Shown: positions 30,319-41,843, counted from the stretch's first letter. The stretch is 64,000 bases of DNA from Alkalibacterium sp. (GCF_046484155.1 NZ_JAWOBT010000133.1:5785-69784); one strand, 5' to 3'. Translations and numbers: made by a program. Notes: generated by a model not told the origin, from the sequence alone.

Positions 30319-31407
30319 ATGCCTGATAGACAATCGATAAAAACAGTTAGAAAAATTGTATTAAGCATTGTTTCAATTTTAATCATATTAATTGTTGTGC
30401 TCGTTGTTTCGGGCTACCAATATTACACGTCTTCATTGGAACCTTTGGAGCCAGGTAGTAACGAGGATATCCCAATCGAGATCCCTATCGGCTCATCGCG
30501 TACGGATATTGCCCGGATCCTGGAAGAAAGCAATATTATTCGAAGTGCTTTTGTTTTCAACTATCATTTAAGATTTACTGGAGAAGAAGGCTTTCAAGCA
30601 GGTTACTATCTGTTTTCTCCTTCAATGTCTACAGATGAAATTGTGACTCAGCTGCAAGATGGGGGAACTCCAATTATGGAAGAAGCTTCAGGATCTATAA
30701 CGATCCCTGAAGGTTTTACTGTTGAACAAGTCGCTATTGTAATAGAGCAACAAACAGATTATTCCATTGATGAATTTTTTGATTTAATCGAGAATGAAGA
30801 TTTCCTAGCTGAAAAGGCTGAAGTATTCCCAAATTTGTTGAATGAAACCATTTATGATAATGAGGAAATACTTTATTCCCTAGAAGGTTATTTGTATCCA
30901 GCAACATATGAGTTGCTCGAAGATACGACATTAAACGAATTAGTAACTCAAATGATCGATCACATGGATCAAGTTTTAGAAGATTATTACACAGAAATAG
31001 AAGCGCAGGAAACAACAGTGCATAAGATACTGACAATGGCTTCTTTTATTGAAAGAGAAGGTATAACCTATGAAGACCGTGAATTGATTTCAGGCGTTTT
31101 TTATAATCGTCTAGACGCTGAGATGCCGCTTCAAACGGATGTAAGTATTACCTATGCTCTCGGAGAGCATCAAGAACGAATAACCTATGACGATCTGGAA
31201 ACAGATTCGCCATATAACTTATATAAGCACACAGGTCTTGGACCAGGTCCCGTTAATAATCCTTCCGAAGAATCTATTAAAGCCAGCTTATACCCGGCGG
31301 AAACGGATTACATGTATTTTTTAGCGGATTTAGCCACAAAAGAAGTTTATTTTTCAGAATCATACGAACAACATTTAGAGTACAAGCGAGAATATTTAGA
31401 TGAGTAG
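30319..31407 (+). CDS. mltG: Endolytic transglycosylase MltG
   Basis: TM helix, TIPEG, LEGYLYPATY, ASFIERE, VFYNRL, SPYN.Y...GL.PGP. Confidence 0.95.
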   Translation: MPDRQSIKTVRKIVLSIVSILIILIVVLVVSGYQYYTSSLEPLEPGSNEDIPIEIPIGSSRTDIARILEESNIIRSAFVFNYHLRFTGEEGFQAGYYLFSPSMSTDEIVTQLQDGGTPIMEEASGSITIPEGFTVEQVAIVIEQQTDYSIDEFFDLIENEDFLAEKAEVFPNLLNETIYDNEEILYSLEGYLYPATYELLEDTTLNELVTQMIDHMDQVLEDYYTEIEAQETTVHKILTMASFIEREGITYEDRELISGVFYNRLDAEMPLQTDVSITYALGEHQERITYDDLETDSPYNLYKHTGLGPGPVNNPSEESIKASLYPAETDYMYFLADLATKEVYFSESYEQHLEYKREYLDE

Positions 31408-31418
31408 ACAAAGTCTGC

Positions 31419-31453
31419 GAAAGCATTGAGTCATAATCAGACTCAATGCTTTT
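31419..31453 (+). terminator. mltG terminator
   Basis: AAAGCATTGAGTC/GACTCAATGCTTT. Confidence 0.75.
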
Positions 31454-31496
31454 CTTAAGACCATTATATTGGTTGTTTAAAGAAAGGAACTGTATT

Positions 31497-32141
31497 ATGG
31501 ATAAGAATCAAAAAAAAAAACCTATCGTGATAGGCGTAACTGGCGGTTCGGGTAGTGGAAAAACAAGTGTCAGTCAAGCTATCTATAATTATTTCCCGGG
31601 AAAATCAATTATGATGCTTGAACAAGACTCTTATTATAAAGACCAGGATTATTTGAGTTTTGAAGAACGATTAAAAACCAATTATGATCATCCTTTTGCA
31701 TTTGATACTGATCTACTCATTTCTCACCTACATGATTTATTGGAATACAAAAGTATTAATAAACCAATATATGATTATACAAGACACACCAGAAGTGATG
31801 AAACAATATGTCAGGAACCAAAAGAGGTTATTATCCTTGAGGGCATTCTTATTTTAGAAGATACAAGGTTAAGAGATTTAATGGATATAAAGGTTTATGT
31901 TGATACTGACGATGATATCCGAATTATTCGACGTATCAAGAGAGATATTGAAGAACGAGGAAGAACTCTGGATAATGTCATCGAACAATACTTATCAGTT
32001 GTTAAACCCATGCATACCCAATTTATCGAGCCAACCAAAAAATTTGCAGATATCATCATACCTGAAGGTGGCAGAAATCAGGTAGCTATAGATCTAATGA
32101 CTACAAAGATACATACCATATTTGAAGAACGTTCCTTATAA
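31497..32141 (+). CDS. udk: Uridine kinase
   Basis: [32 protein letters not shown]. Confidence 0.96.
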   Translation: MDKNQKKKPIVIGVTGGSGSGKTSVSQAIYNYFPGKSIMMLEQDSYYKDQDYLSFEERLKTNYDHPFAFDTDLLISHLHDLLEYKSINKPIYDYTRHTRSDETICQEPKEVIILEGILILEDTRLRDLMDIKVYVDTDDDIRIIRRIKRDIEERGRTLDNVIEQYLSVVKPMHTQFIEPTKKFADIIIPEGGRNQVAIDLMTTKIHTIFEERSL

Positions 32142-32280
32142 ACGAGGGACGTTTTATTTTAGAAAAACGCTTTACAACTATATACGTTCATGGTATCTTA
32201 ATTCCATTGAGAATTTAGTTGACATTAAATTTTTATGATAACCAGTTTTAATAATAATGTATTTTATGAGGTGAATAATA

Positions 32281-32757
32281 ATGATGACAGAAAAAGTATA
32301 TCCAATGACTGCTCAAGGTAAAGAAAAATTAGAAAAAGAATTAAACGAATTAAAGTCAGTCAAGAGAAAAGAAGTTGTTGAACGTATCAAAATCGCTCGT
32401 GGTTTTGGAGACTTATCAGAGAACTCTGAGTATGAATCAGCTAAAGATGAACAAGCTTTCATAGAAGGCAGAATAAGCACAGTTGAAAACATGCTTCAGA
32501 ATGCAGAAATAATTGATAGTTCAAATTCCAAAGAAGGCGAAGTCACTCTAGGCCGTTCTGTAACATTTAAAGAATTACCTGATGGTATTGAAGAAGAGTA
32601 TACCATCGTAGGCAAAGCTGAGGCTGATCCATTTTCCGGCAAGATTTCGAACGAGTCCCCTATTGCACAAGCTTTATTAGGAAAAAGCATAGGCGACAAA
32701 GTTCAAATCGAAACGCCAGGTGGAAGAATGTCAGTAGAAGTTACCAAAGTATTTTAA
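32281..32757 (+). CDS. greA: Transcription elongation factor GreA
   Basis: [21 protein letters not shown]. Confidence 0.97.
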   Translation: MMTEKVYPMTAQGKEKLEKELNELKSVKRKEVVERIKIARGFGDLSENSEYESAKDEQAFIEGRISTVENMLQNAEIIDSSNSKEGEVTLGRSVTFKELPDGIEEEYTIVGKAEADPFSGKISNESPIAQALLGKSIGDKVQIETPGGRMSVEVTKVF

Positions 32758-32759
32758 TG

Positions 32760-32804
32760 AAAGCTAAAGGCTGTGTAGTATAGACAGCCTTTAGCTTTTT
32801 TTTT
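32760..32804 (+). terminator. greA terminator
   Basis: AAAGCTAAAGGCTGT/ACAGCCTTTAGCTTT followed by a long T run. Confidence 0.88.
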
Positions 32805-32808
32805 AACA

Positions 32809-32819
32809 AGACTTAAGAC
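32809..32819 (+). promoter_or_regulatory. Candidate LiaR/CesR-type operator core
   Basis: AGACTTAAGAC fits the AGHCTnnAGDC core; lies upstream of the TATACT -10 (32862-32867) of liaF; flanks do not match the consensus. Confidence 0.4.
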
Positions 32820-32897
32820 GTGTTTTTAAGAGAAAGTAATGCTATTTTAGAATAAATTCGTTATACTTGCTATAGATTCAAGTAGAGGAGAGATAGT

Positions 32898-33635
32898 ATG
32901 AATGTCTATGCGTATAAAGCAACTTTGATCATACTGTTCGTTTGGCTTTTATATCAAATCGCTCATAATTATGTTTTCTTTTTATTTTTTGTTTTAGCTA
33001 TTGGGTTCTTAGCCCTATATAAATCATCTCCCAAAGAAACACAAAAACATACCAATTATTTGTGGACGAGTTTGGCTTTTTTTCTTGCATCTTTTATATT
33101 TACGACAGCCTTCTGGGTATTATTAGCTCTATTTTTATTATTTCAATTAAGTTCAGATGAAAAGTTATTAAATACTATGCGTGATCCTTTATTTAGAAAA
33201 AAGCAATATTGGCGAGACAAAGAGTATATTTCTATGCAATGGAATGAAAGTGAAGGAAATGAGTTGAAATTATATCGAAACAAATGGATTGGAGATGACT
33301 TTGTAGGTAAGGATATATTTCAATGGGAAGATCATAACTTCCAGAAAATAATGGGAGATACCTTCTTTGACTTAGGCAACACAGTTTTACCAATAAAAGA
33401 AAACATCTTACTGTTAACAAAAGGCTTTGGCGACACTAAGCTGTTCGTTCCGAAAGATGTGGCGCTGTCGTTAAATGTCAGCATAGTGCTGGGAAAATTA
33501 ATTATTGAAGATGAGGTCTTTGATATGAAAAATGAAACGGTCAAGTGGCAGTCAAAAAATTATGATACAGCACTCAGAAAAATTAAAGTCGTTTCCAGCA
33601 CACTGATTGGTGAAGTTGAGGTTGTTTATTTATGA
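32898..33635 (+). CDS. liaF: Cell-envelope stress membrane protein LiaF
   Basis: N-terminal TM helices, WIG..FQWED, GDTFFDLGNT.LP, GEVEV; precedes liaSR. Confidence 0.9.
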   Translation: MNVYAYKATLIILFVWLLYQIAHNYVFFLFFVLAIGFLALYKSSPKETQKHTNYLWTSLAFFLASFIFTTAFWVLLALFLLFQLSSDEKLLNTMRDPLFRKKQYWRDKEYISMQWNESEGNELKLYRNKWIGDDFVGKDIFQWEDHNFQKIMGDTFFDLGNTVLPIKENILLLTKGFGDTKLFVPKDVALSLNVSIVLGKLIIEDEVFDMKNETVKWQSKNYDTALRKIKVVSSTLIGEVEVVYL

Positions 33636-34675
33636 AAAAGTCCTTATCACATTTATTAAGATATTTCTTATTGTTCTTTTTCATATTATTATTCATTACC
33701 GTGTTTATATTTTTAGCACTTTCTGAGAATCAATGGGTAACAGCACTTTATAGAGCAAATATTGTAGGCATATCCCTGCTTTTTTATTTAATTCTGTTTT
33801 CCTTCATATTATCAGTTGTTACAATCTCATATTTAAGAGCGTTTGAAAAAAAGAAATTAAGGAGAGTCGAAGAAGGGTTAAGAATGATGAGTCAAGGTCA
33901 TTATTCCGCTTCAATATTCATGAATATGTATTCGTTAGATACACCGCTACAAATAAATGAAGATATTGACAGACAATTTTTGAAATTACATGAAAAATTA
34001 ATGTTTATGGCAGATGAGGCGTTAAAAAATGCTCAAGAATCAAAAACGCTTGATAATGAAACGAAAAATGATATTCTCGAAAACGAACGCAAACGTATAG
34101 CTAGAGAATTGCACGATTCAGTGTCACAACAGCTGTTTGCTGCATCAATGATGCTGTCTGCAGTGAATCAACAGGTGGTTCATTGCCCGGAGCCTGTCGT
34201 TAAACAATTAAATATGATAGAGCAGACCATTCACGCTTCACAGACAGAAATGCGAGCCTTGTTATTACATCTCAGACCAGTTCAATTGGATGGGAAATCT
34301 TTGAAACAGGGAATTGAACAACTACTGAAGGAACTTTCATCTAAAATAGATGTGGACATACATTATGAAATCGAAGAAGTTTTAATGTCTACAGTGATGG
34401 AAGATCACTTTTTCAGAATATTACAGGAACTTTTATCTAATGTCCTTAGACACGCTAAAGCAAAAGTGCTGGAAGTCTATTTAACTCAAAATGGAAGCAG
34501 TATCCAACTCAGGGTAAATGATGATGGTATAGGGTTTAACGTCGATGATAAAAAAACAGGTAGTTACGGATTACATAATATTAAAGAACGAATAGAAGGC
34601 ATGGGTGGAAATGTTAAAATCGTTTCTCTTCCTAAGTTTGGAACCCGTATTGAAATAAACGTACCTTTAATTTAA
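33632..34675 (+). CDS. liaS: Sensor histidine kinase LiaS/VraS
   Basis: ERKRIARELHDSVSQQLFA, EMRALLLHLRP, DDGIGF, SYGL. Confidence 0.93.
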   Translation: MKKSLSHLLRYFLLFFFILLFITVFIFLALSENQWVTALYRANIVGISLLFYLILFSFILSVVTISYLRAFEKKKLRRVEEGLRMMSQGHYSASIFMNMYSLDTPLQINEDIDRQFLKLHEKLMFMADEALKNAQESKTLDNETKNDILENERKRIARELHDSVSQQLFAASMMLSAVNQQVVHCPEPVVKQLNMIEQTIHASQTEMRALLLHLRPVQLDGKSLKQGIEQLLKELSSKIDVDIHYEIEEVLMSTVMEDHFFRILQELLSNVLRHAKAKVLEVYLTQNGSSIQLRVNDDGIGFNVDDKKTGSYGLHNIKERIEGMGGNVKIVSLPKFGTRIEINVPLI

Positions 34676-34688
34676 GGAGAGTGAGAAT

Positions 34689-35327
34689 GTGATTCGATTA
34701 ATGCTGGTAGATGATCATGAAATGGTTCGGTTGGGTTTATCGTCATTCTTTTCTATTCAAGAGGATTTTGAATTAGTGGGAGAGGCAGTTAATGGCCAGG
34801 AAGCTATTGATCTAGCACTGGAAGAAAAACCGGACATCATTTTGATGGACTTAGTCATGGAAGTAACGGATGGGACAGCAGCGACAATAGAAATAATGAA
34901 AAAGTGGCCGGAAGCAAAGATAATTATTTTAACAAGCTTCATTGATGACGAAAAAGTATATCCGGCAATGCAAGCGGGGGCAAGTGGCTATATTCTGAAA
35001 ACATCCTCTGCAACCGAGATTGCTCAAGCCATCCGTGAAACGCATGATGGTCAAAATTATATCGAAGATGAAGTGTCTACCATACTTGAAGAAAAAAGAT
35101 ATGAAGAAAATAAAAATCAGCTGCATGATAGATTGACAAGCAGAGAAAACGAAGTCGTGCAACTTATTTCAAAAGGGTACACAAATCAGAACATAGCAGA
35201 TGAATTATTTATTACTTTAAAAACAGTTAAGACGCATGTGTCAAATATTTTATCGAAATTGGAAGTAGAAGATCGTACTCAAGTAGCCATATACGCTTTT
35301 AGACATGATATTGTTAAAAATAATTAA
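34689..35327 (+). CDS. liaR: Response regulator LiaR/VraR (LuxR type)
   Basis: VDDHEMVRLG, ILMDLVM, LTSRE, KTVKTHVSNILSKL. Confidence 0.93.
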   Translation: MIRLMLVDDHEMVRLGLSSFFSIQEDFELVGEAVNGQEAIDLALEEKPDIILMDLVMEVTDGTAATIEIMKKWPEAKIIILTSFIDDEKVYPAMQAGASGYILKTSSATEIAQAIRETHDGQNYIEDEVSTILEEKRYEENKNQLHDRLTSRENEVVQLISKGYTNQNIADELFITLKTVKTHVSNILSKLEVEDRTQVAIYAFRHDIVKNN

Positions 35328-35375
35328 AAAAAGTGCCCCATTCAAGTATCTATACTTGAATGGGGCACTTTTTTT
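35326..35375. terminator. Bidirectional terminator between liaR and rnjA
   Basis: A7-GTGCCCCATTCAAGTAT..ATACTTGAATGGGGCAC-T7. Confidence 0.9.
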
Positions 35376-35378
35376 AGA

Positions 35379-37049
35379 TTAGTTTGTTAAAATAACAGGT
35401 AAGATAATCGGGCGACGCTCAGTTTCAGTAAAGAGGAATTCTTTAATATCATCGATTAAATCATTTCTCATCTTATATTCATTTATTTGTTCACGCTTAA
35501 ATGATTGTTGAATACTATCAAAGGCTACTTTTTGAGCTTTTTGTATAAGTTCTTCGGATTCTCTCATATAAATGAATCCTCGAGAAATGATATCAGGACC
35601 AGCCAGAATTTTTTTCTTCTCTGCATCTATTGTGGCAACAACCACAACCAAGCCATTATCAGAGAGTATTTTTCGATCTCTCAAAACGACATTGCCGATA
35701 TCCCCAACACCACTACCATCAACGTAGACATCTTTTGCATCAATCTCTCCGGCACGTCTTGCAGTATCTTCGGTAAAGGCCATAATATCTCCATTATCTA
35801 AAATAAAACAATTCTCTTTCGGAACGCCTGTTTGTTGAGCGAGTTTCGCATGTATGCGTTGCATGCGGTGTTCGCCGTGGATAGGAACGAAGTATTTAGG
35901 TTTCATTAATTGTAACATTAACTTTTGCTCTTCTTGACCACCATGTCCAGAAGTGTGAATATTATTTATTTTTCCATGAATGACATTTGCACCGGCTTCG
36001 AGCAATTGATTGATAACACGATTAATGCTCATTGTATTTCCAGGAATAGGTGAGCTTGAGAAGATAACGGAATCTCCAGGTTGAATAGAAATCTGTCTGT
36101 GTGTCCCGTTAGCAATTCTACTCAATGCAGCCATAGGTTCTCCTTGAGATCCGGTACACAGAATCAAAACTTCATTTGCTTTATATTTTTTTATCTCATT
36201 TGGATGAATAAAGGTACCTTCATCTGCGTGAATATAGCCTAACTCTTGACCGGTTTCAAGGTTTGTAACCATACTACGTCCAAACACGGCAATTTTACGA
36301 CCGGTTTTGTTTGCTGCTTCAATAGCCTGTTGAACTCTGGAAATGTTAGATGCGAAGGTTGCGAAGATAATACGACCATCGATTTTGTTGAACAAGTTTC
36401 TAATCGTTTCGCCAACCATTTGTTCAGACTTAGTAAAATCGGGTATTTCTGCATTTGTACTATCTGAAAGTAATGCAAGGACGCCTTCTTCACCAATTCT
36501 AGCCATCTTATGAATGTTTGCTGGTTCGCCTACAGGAGTAAAGTCAAACTTGAAGTCCCCAGTCTCAACAATATTCCCATTAGGTGTTTTTACTACAATA
36601 CCGTATGATTCAGGCACACTATGGGTCGTTCTGAAAAACGATACTGTTGTTTTTCTGAATTTGATAACTGTGTCTTCATCAATTTCATGTAAGGTAGCTG
36701 AACGGAGTAAGTTGTGTTCAGTTAATTTGTTTCTAATAAGAGCTAAAGCTAATTTACCTGCGTAAATAGGTATATTTAGTTGCTTCAATAAGAAAGGAGT
36801 ACCTCCGACGTGGTCTTCATGACCATGAGTAATAAATAGCCCTTTAATTTTTTCTTTATTTTCTACAAGATAAGAATAATCAGGAATAACATAATCGATG
36901 CCTAATAAATCATCCTCTGGAAATTTAATCCCGGCGTCAATTAAAATGATTTCATCTTGAAATTGTATGGCATAGGTATTTTTACCGATTTCATTTAAAC
37001 CGCCTAATGCAAACATAGCTGTCTCGTTATTTTTAATATTTGGTTTCAT
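35379..37049 (-). CDS. rnjA: Ribonuclease J1
   Basis: [35 protein letters not shown]. Confidence 0.95.
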   Translation of the reverse strand: MKPNIKNNETAMFALGGLNEIGKNTYAIQFQDEIILIDAGIKFPEDDLLGIDYVIPDYSYLVENKEKIKGLFITHGHEDHVGGTPFLLKQLNIPIYAGKLALALIRNKLTEHNLLRSATLHEIDEDTVIKFRKTTVSFFRTTHSVPESYGIVVKTPNGNIVETGDFKFDFTPVGEPANIHKMARIGEEGVLALLSDSTNAEIPDFTKSEQMVGETIRNLFNKIDGRIIFATFASNISRVQQAIEAANKTGRKIAVFGRSMVTNLETGQELGYIHADEGTFIHPNEIKKYKANEVLILCTGSQGEPMAALSRIANGTHRQISIQPGDSVIFSSSPIPGNTMSINRVINQLLEAGANVIHGKINNIHTSGHGGQEEQKLMLQLMKPKYFVPIHGEHRMQRIHAKLAQQTGVPKENCFILDNGDIMAFTEDTARRAGEIDAKDVYVDGSGVGDIGNVVLRDRKILSDNGLVVVVATIDAEKKKILAGPDIISRGFIYMRESEELIQKAQKVAFDSIQQSFKREQINEYKMRNDLIDDIKEFLFTETERRPIILPVILTN

Positions 37050-37321
37050 TGTATATCTCCCTTATTTTAATAATTAAATTCTCTTTTAAATCTTACTTTG
37101 CATAACTGTGATCTATAAAATTGTAAATTTAATTTATTTTGAAAATCTCCGCTCGGTGCGTGGTGTAAGAAACCACTGATATAGTTATTCTACCATACTA
37201 AAAATAATAAGTATAGAAGAAGGAAATCAACAAAACTTAACCGCAAGATTGAAAATGAGTTGTAGTTTAGATTTAAATTATATATAGTAAGGGTGTATTT
37301 ATATTAAGGGAGTGTCTATGA

Positions 37322-38101
37322 TTGGAAAATAAAAAGTTATTTATTTTTGATATTGATGGAACAGTTTTAGATGATAATAAAGCTATTCCTGTGGAAACTA
37401 AACAAGCAATTAAAGAATTAAATAAATCGCACGAAGTTGCTATTGCTACGGGAAGAAATCGCACGATGGCAAGAGAGGTTATTGAAGAATTAGGGATATC
37501 AAATTATATTGTATGTAATGGTGCAGCAGCATATTATAATCATGAAGCTATTTATACTAATTTTTTAGATAAAGAAGAACTCCAAAAATTAATAAAACTG
37601 GCTGATGAGAACAACCATCAACTTGTTTACGAAACAATAGATGATTTAAGACGTAGAAGCGAAACGCCTGACAGTCGAGTGAAGAATGGAATGCAATTTG
37701 TAGGTTTTTCTATTCCTGAACACAATAGAGATTTTCATAAAACACAATCACTCGTACAATGCTTGCTCTTTGTATCAGAAGATGAAATGGAAATTTATAA
37801 AAACCAATTTTCTCATTTCCGATTTGTTCGCTGGTATAAAACAGGTGTGGATATTCTGCCCGGTGACGGATCAAAATTCTTAACAATTAAAATACTCGCG
37901 AACCATTTGGGGATAAATCTGAAAGATGTCGTGGCATTCGGCGACGGGATGAACGATATTGAAATGATTAAGAACGTAGGATTTGGCATTGCCATGGGTA
38001 ACGCTGAGAAAGAAGTGAAAGATGTCGCTAATAGTATAACGGACTCTAACGAAAATAATGGTATTCCAAATGCATTGCGTCAATTAAATTACATTAGCTA
38101 G
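37322..38101 (+). CDS. Cof-type HAD-IIB hydrolase
   Basis: FDIDGT, ATGR, AFGDGMND, AMGNA. Confidence 0.92.
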   Translation: MENKKLFIFDIDGTVLDDNKAIPVETKQAIKELNKSHEVAIATGRNRTMAREVIEELGISNYIVCNGAAAYYNHEAIYTNFLDKEELQKLIKLADENNHQLVYETIDDLRRRSETPDSRVKNGMQFVGFSIPEHNRDFHKTQSLVQCLLFVSEDEMEIYKNQFSHFRFVRWYKTGVDILPGDGSKFLTIKILANHLGINLKDVVAFGDGMNDIEMIKNVGFGIAMGNAEKEVKDVANSITDSNENNGIPNALRQLNYIS

Positions 38102-38201
38102 GATTTGTGACTGAAATTTTAAAAATGTTGAATGATTTGTTTAAAACTATAGACATGCAACGTAATATATGCGAAAATAAATTATAACGTGTTTTTTACG
38201 T

Positions 38202-38274
38202 GGGGGTATAGCTCAGTTGGGAGAGCGCTTCGCTGGCAGCGAAGAGGTCGTCGGTTCGAGCCCGTCTATCTCCA
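38202..38274 (+). tRNA. tRNA-Ala, anticodon GGC (CCA not encoded)
   Basis: Cloverleaf: GGGGGTA/TATCTCC acceptor with G3:U70, CTTCG/CGAAG anticodon stem, GGC at 38235-38237, TTCGAGC T-loop. Confidence 0.95.
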
Positions 38275-38294
38275 TTTTTTTATTACCAAATTTT

Positions 38295-38308
38295 TGAGAA
38301 CGCTTTTA
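38295..38308 (+). promoter_or_regulatory. Candidate cre (CcpA) site
   Basis: TGAGAACGCTTTTA has one mismatch to TGWNANCGNTNWCA. Confidence 0.45.
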
Positions 38309-38343
38309 AATATTACAGTTGAAACGGGGAAAGGGGATAATAG

Positions 38344-39702
38344 ATGATTACTGAAAACCAACTATATATCTCGAGTTACACGACCATTTCTCAGAATGTA
38401 AAGTATGGTTTTTTGATTAGTATAGCAATGTTCTTTACTTTAGTAGCGTTTGTATTTAACACGCCACAAGAAATAGTAACTGGACAAATTATAATCTTAA
38501 CGTCTCCAGCCAATTTGACGACCGATTACTTTGCTTTATCTAATATAGGGGCCACATTATTTAATTCGGGTTTGATGACTGCTCAAGCGATAGCTCTTAT
38601 TAGGATGACTCGAGCTAAAGTGAATGGCCCAATTATAGCGGCTGTATTTACCGTAGCTGCATTCTCGTTTTTCGGAAAAAACCTTTACAATTCAATGCCT
38701 ATCATTTTAGGGGCATTCGCTTATGCGAGAGTAACAAAAATTCATCCTGAAAAATCTTTGTTAGGCGCCTTGTTCGGGACAGCATTGGGACCGTTAGTCA
38801 GTGAAATTACGTTCAATATTGGGTTACAATTAAATGAAGGTATTATCTATGGTTATATTGCAGGTTTTATCGTGGGGTTCATCATACCTCCTTTATCTAA
38901 ACATTTTGTCAGCTTTACTAAAGGGTTCAGTCTATATAACATAGGCTTTACCAGTGGAGTAATCGGAACTGTATTCACTTCTGTTCTGCGTAGCATGGGT
39001 AAAGAAATTGAGCCCGTTTCAATTTTGTCCAGTGGGAACAACCAGTCTTTAACTATAGTATTTTTGATACTGTTCAGTCTCATGCTAGTTGGAGGGCTGT
39101 ACTTGAATTCTGGCACGTTGGATGGTTACTCGGACTTGATAAAGCACTCCGGTCAATTATCGACAGACTTCTTAAGAACTAATGGATTTAGCGTTACGTT
39201 AATAAATATGGCGCTTTTAGGATACGTCTCCGTGTCTTATATTCTGTTTCATGGTGGTGAGATAAATGGACCTACTATCGGAGGGATATTGACCGTAGTT
39301 GGTTTTGGAGCATTTGGTAAACATTTGAGGAACGTCCTACCGATTTTAATCGGTGTCAGTCTTATGGGGTTCCTGAACGGCTATGATATGAGTACAACTG
39401 ATATAATTATAGCTGGGTTGTTCGGAACGACGATTGCTCCTATAGCAGGGAGATACGGTACACGCGCAGGTATTCTTGCGGGGGCTTTACATTTAGCAGT
39501 AGTTACAAATACGGGCTATCTGCATGGCGGTATCAACTTATACAATAACGGTTTTTCAGGTGGTTTTGTGGCAGCTCTGATGATACCATTATTAGAAGCC
39601 ATTCATTATCATCAAAACAAGAGAAGACAGTTCCAAGAACCAGTGGATCCATCTGAAGAAATCAAAGTATATAAAAAAAGCATTAAACTTACTAAAAAGT
39701 AA
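38344..39702 (+). CDS. DUF1576-like polytopic membrane protein
   Basis: Internally duplicated motifs FSFFGKN/FGAFGKH, LFGTALGP/LFGTTIAP, SLYNIGF/NLYNNGF. Confidence 0.8.
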   Translation: MITENQLYISSYTTISQNVKYGFLISIAMFFTLVAFVFNTPQEIVTGQIIILTSPANLTTDYFALSNIGATLFNSGLMTAQAIALIRMTRAKVNGPIIAAVFTVAAFSFFGKNLYNSMPIILGAFAYARVTKIHPEKSLLGALFGTALGPLVSEITFNIGLQLNEGIIYGYIAGFIVGFIIPPLSKHFVSFTKGFSLYNIGFTSGVIGTVFTSVLRSMGKEIEPVSILSSGNNQSLTIVFLILFSLMLVGGLYLNSGTLDGYSDLIKHSGQLSTDFLRTNGFSVTLINMALLGYVSVSYILFHGGEINGPTIGGILTVVGFGAFGKHLRNVLPILIGVSLMGFLNGYDMSTTDIIIAGLFGTTIAPIAGRYGTRAGILAGALHLAVVTNTGYLHGGINLYNNGFSGGFVAALMIPLLEAIHYHQNKRRQFQEPVDPSEEIKVYKKSIKLTKK

Positions 39703-39716
39703 GTTTAATGCTTTTT
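39675..39716. terminator. Bidirectional terminator overlapping the DUF1576 stop codon
   Basis: AAAAAGCATTAAACTTACT/AGTAAGTTTAATGCTTTTT. Confidence 0.85.
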
Positions 39717-39717
39717 G

Positions 39718-40293
39718 TTATTGTTCTTCAGATCCTAAAACTTCAAGACCTTCAGGTAATGCTAAAGGATTATCCGGATCTATGCGGTCAAAGAACATAA
39801 CCCCATTCAAATGATCGATTTCATGTTGAACGACGATAGCAGGAAAATCCTTTAAGCGTTTTTTTTGCTTATTGCCTTCAATATCGAAATATTCTATTCT
39901 AATCCGTTTGTGTCTTGGAACATATCCAGGAATTTCACGGTCCACAGATAGACAACCTTCACCCTCTGGAAGGCAGGTCTGTTGAACAGAATGACTGATG
40001 ATTTTTGGATTGACTAAGACAGTACTAAACTCAGGTTCTGTTGCTTCTGGATCATCAGAGGGAACATGAACGGCTATCATACGTTTAGAAACATTGACTT
40101 GTGGTGCTGCTATACCCACGCCTGGTCTCAGTTCGTATTTTTCTGCTAATTCAGGATCTTGGCTGGTTTTTAAAAACTTTAACAGTTCTTTAGCTAAGTC
40201 TTTTTCTTCATCGTTTAAAGGTATCGTCATTTTTTCGGCTACTATCCGTAACGTAGGATGCCCTTCTCGAATAACATCTTTCATTGTTATCAT
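39718..40293 (-). CDS. def: Peptide deformylase
   Basis: [23 protein letters not shown]. Confidence 0.97.
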   Translation of the reverse strand: MITMKDVIREGHPTLRIVAEKMTIPLNDEEKDLAKELLKFLKTSQDPELAEKYELRPGVGIAAPQVNVSKRMIAVHVPSDDPEATEPEFSTVLVNPKIISHSVQQTCLPEGEGCLSVDREIPGYVPRHKRIRIEYFDIEGNKQKKRLKDFPAIVVQHEIDHLNGVMFFDRIDPDNPLALPEGLEVLGSEEQ

Positions 40294-40400
40294 CTAACTA
40301 CCTCCTAGTATTCATACACTAGTATTTTAACAGGTTTACTCGCATTGTGCATTAATATTATTAAAATTTGCGTTAGAAAATGAAATTTTTCTTAATGTGT

Positions 40401-40568
40401 TAGTGATTTTATTCACATGTTATTTCTTTTTAAAAAAATAATGGTACAAAAGAATTTTTTTGTTGCTTATATATAACAGTTTATTTACCTGTATCACTTT
40501 ATATAATAAATATTTTGAAATTTTCAGATAAAAACAGTATAACAGCTTGTTTGTGTTTGTGGTCACAA
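40401..40568 (+). promoter_or_regulatory. Two candidate Rex operators upstream of pdhA
   Basis: TAGTGATTTTATTCACAT (40401-40418) and TTGTG-N8-CACAA (40551-40568). Confidence 0.55.
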
Positions 40569-40731
40569 AGATGTGAAAAACCTTTCATACCAACATTTTA
40601 TGAGGGCAATTCAAGTGGATATCGCTTGCATTTTGTTTTGAATCATGATAAATTGTAAAAGGAATAGAGAAAATTGTAACAGCCAAAATTAACTGTTATA
40701 TTTAATTACACAACGAGAGAGGAATGGGTAA

Positions 40732-41841
<1,110 letters not shown>

Positions 41842-41843
41842 TC

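Noticed and set aside
38250-39720. Possible tRNA-anchored genomic island
   Set aside because: No integrase and no duplicated tRNA 3' end (att site) seen; core genes resume immediately.
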